Assembly (NCBI GenBank): GCA_000002435.2
Contig: CM018793.1
Strand: one strand, 5' to 3'
DNA: 64,000 bases
Source: Giardia intestinalis
Taxonomy: Eukaryota
Both the position numbers and the translations under genes were made by a program. The notes beneath the pieces are model-generated. The model was not told the origin of the DNA, searched no databases, and was given only the letters and a program-made list of their open reading frames with translations. Positions 20,406-28,253 of the stretch are shown here, piece after piece. Position 1 is the first letter of the stretch. The number at the start of each line of letters is the position of its first letter.

Positions 20406-21356
20406 CTAAAGTTGCATAAGTTGCTCCACCTCAGAGTTCTTGAAGCGCATGTAGTCAAGCATGTCTCTGCGGCTCATTTCCTGGTTCAGAACTTGCGGCT
20501 GCCCGGCACCTTTATCTTTCTTGAAGCCGGAATCGTACTTTCGAGGGCTTGTTTCTTTCTTCCCAACGGCCTTCGGTTTGATGCAGCAGATAATAACATT
20601 GATAAAGACGAGGATGAGAATAAAGATTGGTAGAGCGAACATTTGTGAATTGGTCTGCCCTGATTGGTGCACCCCCGAGATAATGTCCTGGAACGACTCT
20701 TGCTTCACCACTGTTCCATTATACTGTCTGAAGTAGCGAAGCGCTCCAGAAATCAAATTGATGCTTACATTTTGCGCACTATTGACCTGAAAGATCCCCG
20801 CGATGACAGGGTTGGCATACATGGACACCTCTACCGCCAGGAATATCTGCTCCTGTGGGTCCAGGACGGTCCACTCCTGGCACGATGGATCCGAGAGAAC
20901 CCAGCGCCTGCAAATTCTGATCTCCGTCACTTCACATCTCGAGACGTTGTGAGTGAATATGGCGCCGGCTATCTGGGGGAACACCCCGTTGTCAGGCAAA
21001 GATGAGCACACAGAGCTAGCCATATACGCCTCTAGAAGGGATTTGAGAGCATTTCCCCTCAGATAGGTGAGTGTAAATTGGTCTGTGGGAACCTTGTTGC
21101 CTACTATGGTCTGTAAGAGCATTGGGGCTGTGACCTTTCCAGCTGGGATATCACCCGTGAAGCTCAGTGACTGGGCCAATACCACTGTCACGCCACTGGC
21201 AAGCCGTACTCCATCCAGAGTTATTTCTGCTATCTTGCTGGGCTGCACCTGAGACATGTTCATGGCCTCTTGGAAGGTAACGTAAAATTGGTTATCAATG
21301 TTGCCTATTTGGGCTGTTATGGCAACAAAACTAGCCAGCCAGAGATACACGATCAT
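20406..21356 (-). CDS. Hypothetical type I membrane protein with a signal peptide, a 250-aa ectodomain, one TM helix and a basic cytoplasmic tail
   Basis: The signal peptide is MIVYLWLASFVAITAQIG. The TM segment is ALPIFILILVFINVIICCI, followed by KPKAVGKKETSPRKY. There are several N-x-S/T sites. ATG start. Confidence 0.6.
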   Translation of the reverse strand: MIVYLWLASFVAITAQIGNIDNQFYVTFQEAMNMSQVQPSKIAEITLDGVRLASGVTVVLAQSLSFTGDIPAGKVTAPMLLQTIVGNKVPTDQFTLTYLRGNALKSLLEAYMASSVCSSLPDNGVFPQIAGAIFTHNVSRCEVTEIRICRRWVLSDPSCQEWTVLDPQEQIFLAVEVSMYANPVIAGIFQVNSAQNVSINLISGALRYFRQYNGTVVKQESFQDIISGVHQSGQTNSQMFALPIFILILVFINVIICCIKPKAVGKKETSPRKYDSGFKKDKGAGQPQVLNQEMSRRDMLDYMRFKNSEVEQLMQL

Positions 21357-21766
21357 CCCTATCTTTGGCTAGTATTTTGGCTTTGCCTCAGATTCCCACA
21401 CTAGCTCCGGAAAGAATTTTGATCGATGCAAGTATGCAATCGAAGTGAAGAGTAATGATATGCAGCTACATTAGAGGGCCATCTAGTCCATGTATTAGGG
21501 GGAATTCAGCGGCAAGAGAGAAATATTCACTCTATCTTACAAGATAGCATGTAGTAGACCTGGATTTCTGGGCGTTGTCCTGCTCACGAACAAAAATAGA
21601 GAAGACATGCATCATGTGCCACTATCACGATTGTAGGGAGCCCCACCTTTGTGAAGAAACTCTTACGTCATTCGGGGGCAAATCGGGATACTGATAGCAA
21701 GCTATGGAAGACAGGACACCCGTTGGCTAAAGCAATAGTGACCATACCTTACCGTTACCAATATTA

Positions 21767-22525
21767 CTAAGTCGGTACCTGAAACACGCGAGCTCGGTGT
21801 CCTGCTGATAGATGCTGATTCTGGCGTAGATCGGTGTTGACTCCAGTGGCGCTGCTCGCTTGGTATTTCTTGCCCCGATCCTGCGAGTTGAATATGTACT
21901 CCCCCGTGCTCATGATGCTCTCGTCATGCTTTTCAGAAGGCCGATCGAGAATGAGAGTGTTTGCTCTGTTAACTGTGTTGGCCTCCCCGACGAGGCCTCT
22001 ATACCGATTTAGCGTAATCGCTTTGGCCGACTCGGGCCGGAAACCAGATGCAATTGTCAGATATTCTGCCGATAGAGCAGATTGCCCAGTGGCTTTAGCC
22101 AGGCGTGCCAGGCCTTCAAAGCATGATCGAAGAGCCCGGATGTGCTCCTCCTCGAAGTCTGTGCATGTCGATATGATCTCGCTGGCTTGCTCTGCTGACG
22201 CTGTGCCGTGTAATTTTGTGGCAGTCTTAAATCCAGCCATGGCGCGCTTAATCACTGACTTTGAGATTTGTAAGAATGCAAGTCTCCCGGCATTCAAACT
22301 AATTGCTACCTCACTAAAGAGATCCTCAAAGTGACGGGCATTAGCTGCGCCATTCAGTGCTAAAGATCTGTAGTCCAACGGTTCTGTGGAAGCCATGCAG
22401 TGGAGTGCCCTTGCAAGCGCACCAAAACTCCTTGAAGTGTCCTGGAGACACTTCATGGTGTTCCCGAGCGCCACAACAAGCTTCTTTTCCGCAGCCAGGC
22501 GGATCGGCAGGCTCTCGGCCTTCAT
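21767..22525 (-). CDS. Hypothetical alpha-helical protein of about 252 aa, possibly a BAR-like fold
   Basis: The track ORF 21767..22555 starts with GTG, and the first ATG is at 22525 (MKAESLPIRL...). The sequence is helical and Ala/Leu-rich with no diagnostic motif. Confidence 0.5.
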   Translation of the reverse strand: MKAESLPIRLAAEKKLVVALGNTMKCLQDTSRSFGALARALHCMASTEPLDYRSLALNGAANARHFEDLFSEVAISLNAGRLAFLQISKSVIKRAMAGFKTATKLHGTASAEQASEIISTCTDFEEEHIRALRSCFEGLARLAKATGQSALSAEYLTIASGFRPESAKAITLNRYRGLVGEANTVNRANTLILDRPSEKHDESIMSTGEYIFNSQDRGKKYQASSATGVNTDLRQNQHLSAGHRARVFQVPT

Positions 22526-22568
22526 AGTTTTAAAATCACAAAGGCACTTGGACACCGTGAGCCCGGAG

Positions 22569-24338
22569 TCATGAAATGTTGTACTTGGACGAGCTTAAAA
22601 CCAAGCCCAATACGCTAATTAGTGACGTGATGACGTTATATACCCCCAATTCCTGGATAAGAGAAAACTTAAACCTCGGGCTCCTACTTGCGGAAAAGGT
22701 GAGCATAGAGCAGAAGAAAAAGCGACCGAGTGACAGAAGGTATATGCTTATAGTCTTTTGGTCCATCAATAGGTGTGTTACCAATAGAATATGTGCACCT
22801 ATGAAGAGATTACTAACATAGCGCACTATTGAGGTGCCAGAGTCATTATAAATGCTATCTATCCACAACTTTTCTATCTGAGTGAGCCACTTATAGTTAA
22901 ATTGCTTGAAAATAGGTACAAGTCCGTTCAATTTAGCCATTACTGGATAGGACACTGCAGAACATGCAATGCACAGGAACACGACGTGCCGCTTGATGAG
23001 CACCTCCTTTTTGTAAGCGCGTTCAGCGTGTGCTCTTACTATTGCAGCCGTAAACAAATCCACAATGGAGATGCTTAGCGAGTTGAATGTGTCATACAAA
23101 AAGCGGAAAAGCGTTAATTGCATTATTTTAAGTGTAGAGCGTTCGGTGGCCATTATCTGTAGTCTAGAAAATACGCACATGGTGAGCAGGGGCACTAAGA
23201 TGCTGATTCGGTCCAGGTAGACAGGTATCCACGAAACCAGAAAGTGCTTCACGATCTCTGCAAGGCCTCTCTTGTCAGTCAGAAGAACTAGGAGGCCGTA
23301 GGCAAATGGAATGCACGAGACGGCAATAGGATCCCTCTTGTGGTTTGCCCATCCCATCTCTCGTGTTCTGCAGGCGACCAAGCAGGCGGCGATGACTATG
23401 AACATGCAGCTCGATAATAGAATGCTAAGGTGGTAGCTGTACAAATGCACCCTCATAACCAGTGATTTGGATGACTCCTTACTCACCTGTGGAATGTTGT
23501 GCGGGCTAAGTAGCGAAATAAGCTCCTGGATGGTCGTTGCAGTTGACACACTGTGTGGTTTAGTTGAATACAACATTCCCTCGTGGTAGAACTCACTGGT
23601 TGGGAGCTTGACAGATTCATTGAACTCTCCTGTCCAGTAGCTGGCCTTGCGGACCATCGGCATGCTCAGGTAGAAGATAGACACCATGAACACAAGCAAC
23701 TTAGTGAACTCTCTGGCAGCAAGTGCCCCTAGCAAGATGACTGATCTCTCCTCGGCCATGAGAATGTGTTGCATGCAGGTCGATATGGTAACGATGGTTG
23801 CATTGATCCAGGTGGAGACCGTGTAGGCACGCATGCACCAGGGCGCCAAGTCCCCAAGCAAGCGAGTGATGAGGGTGTTTTGAAGTAAGGTGCACAAGAA
23901 TGCTACTGAAAGGGTCATGAAAAGACTAAGCAATATGTATGCCCATGCGTAAGCAACAAAACTCAGTGCTTTATCCTGCTGAACCAGCTGTGTTAGGGAA
24001 ACGTGTGCAACGCGTGACATCGCATAAACGGGCGCCAATATGACAATCTCTTGAAAACAGTACAGGATGCCAAAAATATTGACCATTTGTATCCCCAAAT
24101 ATTGTACAAGTATTAAGAATATTAAGAAGTTGACAATGTGGTGAAGATAGTTTAACAAGATATACAGGCCCTCATAACACTTATTACTTACGTGAGAGCC
24201 ATGAGAAATCGTGTTAAAGAGTGCCGGGCGTTTGTACTGCCTCTCTGTGTCTTTTTGGACATTGGAGGCCTTAGAGTTAACCTCGAATAAATAGTATTCA
24301 TCTGCAACCGCGACAACGTACGACAAAAGAGTATTCAT
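22569..24338 (-). CDS. Polytopic membrane protein with about 11-12 TM segments. It may be a GT22-family (PIG-B/Gpi10/Smp3-like) mannosyltransferase.
   Basis: The track ORF starts with TTG, and the first ATG is at 24338 (MNTLLSYVVAVADEYYLFEV). The ADEYY..EV motif resembles the GT22 ADE[FY]WQ.LEP.H signature. There are many hydrophobic helices. The functional call is tentative. Confidence 0.55.
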   Translation of the reverse strand: MNTLLSYVVAVADEYYLFEVNSKASNVQKDTERQYKRPALFNTISHGSHVSNKCYEGLYILLNYLHHIVNFLIFLILVQYLGIQMVNIFGILYCFQEIVILAPVYAMSRVAHVSLTQLVQQDKALSFVAYAWAYILLSLFMTLSVAFLCTLLQNTLITRLLGDLAPWCMRAYTVSTWINATIVTISTCMQHILMAEERSVILLGALAAREFTKLLVFMVSIFYLSMPMVRKASYWTGEFNESVKLPTSEFYHEGMLYSTKPHSVSTATTIQELISLLSPHNIPQVSKESSKSLVMRVHLYSYHLSILLSSCMFIVIAACLVACRTREMGWANHKRDPIAVSCIPFAYGLLVLLTDKRGLAEIVKHFLVSWIPVYLDRISILVPLLTMCVFSRLQIMATERSTLKIMQLTLFRFLYDTFNSLSISIVDLFTAAIVRAHAERAYKKEVLIKRHVVFLCIACSAVSYPVMAKLNGLVPIFKQFNYKWLTQIEKLWIDSIYNDSGTSIVRYVSNLFIGAHILLVTHLLMDQKTISIYLLSLGRFFFCSMLTFSASRSPRFKFSLIQELGVYNVITSLISVLGLVLSSSKYNIS

Positions 24339-24662
24339 TGCAACGCTCAAAATACCGCGGGAGGTTGTCTATGCAGCAAACGAAGGCAGTGACAAGTAAG
24401 TAGCAAGACCTTGCCCAAATTTTAAAGTTCTGCTAGGAAAGTATTTGTAAATAGAACAATTGTCCAATCAAATGTTTTATTGTACAAACTATTAGATGGC
24501 TTCTCAGCGGCCTAAGCAAGGGGGTCCGTGTTGGTATTACTGCCACCTCACGATGTCCCTCTTCTTCTAGTAAACCCTGAATGAGCGAGAGGTCAACAAG
24601 ATGTTGACCCGTTAATCCCTGCCTGTGACAATGAATTCACTTAAACGGCGCCCAGTGCACAT

Positions 24663-26336
24663 TCAATACTTAGGAGACCACTGGGTATCCCTCAGCTGGG
24701 CTAGCAGCTCAGTGTCAGAGGACGGAAGTATGCGACGGGACTGTCCCTGCTTTTCGGCGATACGGATAAGTCCAAGGGCGCACTGGCACGAAATCTCGCG
24801 GATTTCATCCAAATCTGGAAGAAGCTCGCCTCTGCGGAGCTTTTCTTCTGGGACCATTTGCGCTAGAGCCCCAGAAACCCCGGTAATCATCTCGTCAGTG
24901 ATCTTCTTTGCCCTACAGACATATGCCCCCAAGCCGATCCCTGGGAAGACATAGAAGTTGTTGCACTGCGCAGGCTGGATTGTGGTACCGTTCGGAAGTG
25001 TGAGGCTCGGCATAGGGCTGCCAGATGCATAGTATGCAGTGTTGTTGGTGTACTCCATGCACTCTGCAAAAGTGCACTCACACTTCTCAGTAGGGTTAGA
25101 AAGCGCAAGAACGATTGGCGGCTGGCCAGTTGGGAGGCCCTCACACATTGTCTCAAGAATCTCACGTGTGAAGGATTTCCCCACTGTCGAGAGCCCTAGA
25201 AGGCACGTGGGCTTGACTGCCTTGATGACACTCAGCAAAGTTGTGTGGCCCTTGATAGAAAGGTCGTGACGCACATACGGAAGCTTATGTCCGGGCATAG
25301 TCCCATTCACAAAGTCATCTCTATCTGCTGTCAGCAACCCCTGGGAATCTATCACGTAGAACTGCTTGCGGGCCTGTTCAAGCGTGTATCCCTCACTTAC
25401 CGAGAGAGACGCTATGTTATCTGCGACACCAATTCCGCCGGCTCCAGCACCGAACATAACATACACCTGTTCTGACGCTTTGGCTGTCCTATTCATCTTC
25501 AGAGAAATAGCACGGAGTCCTGCAGCAATGGTGGCTGCAGCAATACAGCCTGTGCCCTGAATATCGTCGTTGAACACAGGGCCAGCATCGCGGTGCTTCT
25601 TTAGCAGTGTAAAGGCAGTGTCATTAGAGAAATCTTCGAATTGGAAGATGCAGTCTGGCCACTTGGAGTGCACGGCCTCAATCGTCTCCTTGATTATCCC
25701 GTAGTACGTGTCGTCCTTGTTCCGCTTCTCTGGGATGCCGAGATAATGAGGATCTTCTCTGATCTTGTCCGTGTTACACCCAAAGTCAAAGGAAATCGGC
25801 AGTGTATGCTCCGGTGCAAATCCCCCGCCCAATGAATAGAGGGTAAGCTTCCCGACACAAATCTGGTGGCCACCCGTTCCCAAATCTCCTAACCCAAGAA
25901 TGCGTGTTCCATCGGTCGCAACGATGATGCGTGGGCTATAGGGCCATTGGTCAAAGATCTGCTTGACTTTGCCGAGATGGGTGCGGTTCAGATAGAAGCC
26001 GCGAGGATAGCCCTGCCAGAGAAGTGAGTAGTTGGAGCAGGCAGTGCCCACTGTAGGGGTGTAGACGATGGGGAGAACCTCCTTCAGATACTTCAAACAA
26101 AATCCAGAGAAAAGGGTTTCATTAACCTCCTGAAGACGGGTCAAGTAGAGCCACTTTTCGGTGGGCGTGGTGAGAACATCAAATTGTGCGCGGCATCTGC
26201 TGATTTGCTGCTCAATCGTCTCCACTCTTGCTGGAAGGCGCGCAACAATGTGGTGAGCCTCTCGCTCTGCAGCAGTGAAGGCAGTATCCTTATTGCAGTC
26301 CTTGTTGCGCAGCACAGTGGAAATAGTTATGGGCAT
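24663..26336 (-). CDS. NADP-dependent malic enzyme (malate dehydrogenase, oxaloacetate-decarboxylating)
   Basis: Malic-enzyme signatures are present: VYTPTVG, FNDDIQGTG, the GAGAGGIGVA dinucleotide-binding motif and LSNPT. It is a full-length 557 aa with an ATG start. Confidence 0.92.
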   Translation of the reverse strand: MPITISTVLRNKDCNKDTAFTAAEREAHHIVARLPARVETIEQQISRCRAQFDVLTTPTEKWLYLTRLQEVNETLFSGFCLKYLKEVLPIVYTPTVGTACSNYSLLWQGYPRGFYLNRTHLGKVKQIFDQWPYSPRIIVATDGTRILGLGDLGTGGHQICVGKLTLYSLGGGFAPEHTLPISFDFGCNTDKIREDPHYLGIPEKRNKDDTYYGIIKETIEAVHSKWPDCIFQFEDFSNDTAFTLLKKHRDAGPVFNDDIQGTGCIAAATIAAGLRAISLKMNRTAKASEQVYVMFGAGAGGIGVADNIASLSVSEGYTLEQARKQFYVIDSQGLLTADRDDFVNGTMPGHKLPYVRHDLSIKGHTTLLSVIKAVKPTCLLGLSTVGKSFTREILETMCEGLPTGQPPIVLALSNPTEKCECTFAECMEYTNNTAYYASGSPMPSLTLPNGTTIQPAQCNNFYVFPGIGLGAYVCRAKKITDEMITGVSGALAQMVPEEKLRRGELLPDLDEIREISCQCALGLIRIAEKQGQSRRILPSSDTELLAQLRDTQWSPKY

Positions 26337-26458
26337 TTTTAAAGCTAAAAATCAAGGATCTTTCAAAATCGTTTGCACTGTTACATACTGACCTGTTGAT
26401 GTTTTGAACAGAATACCCAACAAATAAATTCACATCGGTACTCCAGATGCACATAGAC

Positions 26459-27637
26459 TTATTTGACAAAGTAGAGAGAAAAGGCAACAACCAGACCCGC
26501 GAGAGAAAACGCGTTCCCTACGATGTGCACCACAATTTGGTCCGTGACGTCTACAGGCCATGTCCTGGGCCAGCTACGGAGAGCCAAAAACATCAGAAGC
26601 GATGCATACCCTTTACGAGACGTCACAAATGGGAAATTATTAGACAAAAAGTCCACGACTCGCTGGATGTTAAAAGCGTAGAGGAGGACAGAAATAAGGA
26701 TAAAGAGATAGAATAGCAGCTCAAACCAAAAGTTTGGTGAACGCCACCCGCCTCGGCCAACCAATATTATCAAAATGTAGGCAACCAGTGTGAATGTAGC
26801 GCCTAAAATCAGCAAAAATGCCACCATCTTGGAGATATCCTCTGGGTCTGTCAGTGGACCGTATTTAGAATCAATGTGGTAGGCCTTGATGCTTTTCCCC
26901 CCGGTTCTGCTACGCTCCGCGCGGTCACCCCTGCCCCTCTCGTTCTGCAGAGAGTCACGTCTCCTACGTCTGGCTCGGCTATCATAGATCTCCGAACCAG
27001 TATGGCTGCTGTAGCTATGTTCAGCACCGCTATCTGACCGTGACCTGGAGCTAGTGTTGCTGTGCTCACTCTCATCGACGCGCCGCCTTCTGTGGTCGGC
27101 CTCGCGCTCGTGAGATCGAGTATGATTTCTGTCACGACTGCGACTGCGTTCATAATCATAATCGTGGCCGTGGTCACGATGATAGCTTCGTTCACGGTCC
27201 CTGCCCCCACTTTTAGATCTATCTCTGCGTCTATCCTCATTGTGGCTGTATGCTTGGCTGTTCGCTAAGCTTCCCGAATGACTGCTATGACGAGAGCTGT
27301 GATGGCTCGAGTAAATGCTTCGCCCGTAATCGTCGTAATCTCTGTCCCTAGATTTTGATCTTGACCTAGATCTGCTGAGTGAGACAGAATCTGCGTGGTA
27401 GTCCCTGTGACGGTTGGAGCCATAACCATCGGGCATGCTATACTGCCCATGGCTATGGTGTGTACCTCTGTGGCCTGGGCTGGGCTCAAAGGAGCGATCG
27501 GCTGGGTAACGGGTGATCCCACTTGCGTGCCTCTGTCGCCCGGCTGTCTGCGATCTTCCAGGGTGCTCACTATAGAAGTCACTTGCCGTGTGCCTCCTGT
27601 CGTATGGACTCAAGGCCCACCGTCCGCTGCTTGACAT
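26459..27637 (-). CDS. Arg/Ser/Asp-rich (RS-domain-like) protein with a C-terminal membrane domain of about 4 TM helices
   Basis: The N-terminal 250 aa or so are RS/RD/RE/SR dipeptide repeats (SRSRSRSKSRDRDYDDYGRS, RSRSRDRNHTRSHEREADHRRRR). The C-terminal 140 aa hold hydrophobic helices (MVAFLLILGATFTLVAYILIILV, LLFYLFILISVLLYAF, LLMFLALRSW, FSLAGLVVAFSLYFV). ATG start. Confidence 0.7.
   Translation of the reverse strand: MSSSGRWALSPYDRRHTASDFYSEHPGRSQTAGRQRHASGITRYPADRSFEPSPGHRGTHHSHGQYSMPDGYGSNRHRDYHADSVSLSRSRSRSKSRDRDYDDYGRSIYSSHHSSRHSSHSGSLANSQAYSHNEDRRRDRSKSGGRDRERSYHRDHGHDYDYERSRSRDRNHTRSHEREADHRRRRVDESEHSNTSSRSRSDSGAEHSYSSHTGSEIYDSRARRRRRDSLQNERGRGDRAERSRTGGKSIKAYHIDSKYGPLTDPEDISKMVAFLLILGATFTLVAYILIILVGRGGWRSPNFWFELLFYLFILISVLLYAFNIQRVVDFLSNNFPFVTSRKGYASLLMFLALRSWPRTWPVDVTDQIVVHIVGNAFSLAGLVVAFSLYFVK
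26887..27550 (-). repeat. Coding low-complexity RS/RD dipeptide repeat region inside the RS/TM gene
   Basis: The repeats are visible in the translation. Antisense low-complexity shadow ORFs (26851..27240, 27062..27268, 27265..27582, 27395..27634) arise from the same repeat. Confidence 0.6.
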
Positions 27638-27743
27638 GAGGTCGGAAGTGTTTGCTATGCCCTACTAAACTTTTGGCCATTTTTATTAAAATATTAGACA
27701 TTTAGTATGTTATCCCACAAATTTTGGCAGTCCAAAATCTCCT
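27638..27743. promoter_or_regulatory. AT-rich bidirectional promoter region between the RS/TM gene and centrin
   Basis: A 106-bp divergent spacer containing TTTTTATTAAAATATTAGACATTTAG and CAAAATCTCCTATG next to the centrin ATG. Confidence 0.4.
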
Positions 27744-28229
27744 ATGGCACGCAAACCAAACGCTCGATCTACAGAGCCTGACTTGACAGAAGAGCAGAAG
27801 CACGAGATTCGGGAGGCCTTCGACCTCTTCGACTCCGATGGCTCCGGCCGAATAGACGTCAAGGAGCTCAAAGTGGCGATGAGAGCCCTTGGATTTGAAC
27901 CCAAGCGGGAGGAGTTGAAGAGAATGATCGCAGAGGTGGATACGTCTGGCTCTGGGATGATTGACCTTAACGATTTCTTCAGGATAATGACTGCCAAGAT
28001 GGCGGAGCGCGACTCGCGAGAGGAGATCCTCAAGGCTTTCAGGCTTTTTGATGAGGACGACACCGGAAAGATCTCGTTCAAAAACCTGAAAAAGGTCGCC
28101 AAGGAGCTGGGAGAGAACCTTACTGACGAGGAGATCCAGGAAATGATCGACGAGGCAGATCGCGACGGCGACGGCGAGATCAACGAGGAGGAGTTCCTCA
28201 GGATAATGCGCCGCACGTCCCTCTATTAG
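27744..28229 (+). CDS. Centrin/caltractin, an EF-hand calcium-binding protein
   Basis: There are four EF hands ([55 protein letters not shown]). The 161 aa align end-to-end with centrins. Confidence 0.93.
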   Translation: MARKPNARSTEPDLTEEQKHEIREAFDLFDSDGSGRIDVKELKVAMRALGFEPKREELKRMIAEVDTSGSGMIDLNDFFRIMTAKMAERDSREEILKAFRLFDEDDTGKISFKNLKKVAKELGENLTDEEIQEMIDEADRDGDGEINEEEFLRIMRRTSLY

Positions 28230-28253
28230 CTGTAAATGGTTCACTTGCACAAA

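Noticed and set aside
20010-20633. + strand ORFs 20010..20318 and 20322..20633 at the 5' end of the CLASP gene
   Set aside because: They overlap the well-supported minus-strand CLASP and membrane-protein CDSs and have no recognisable features.
21357-21766. Possible small ncRNA in the 410-bp spacer upstream of the membrane-protein gene
   Set aside because: It has only partial box-like words (AATGATA, CTGATAG) and no paired C/D or H/ACA architecture. It is more likely a promoter and 3' UTR.
26851-27634. Four antisense and alternate-frame ORFs (26851..27240, 27062..27268, 27265..27582, 27395..27634) opposite the RS/TM gene
   Set aside because: They are shadow ORFs produced by the purine-rich RS/RD repeat, with low-complexity translations and no start-context support.
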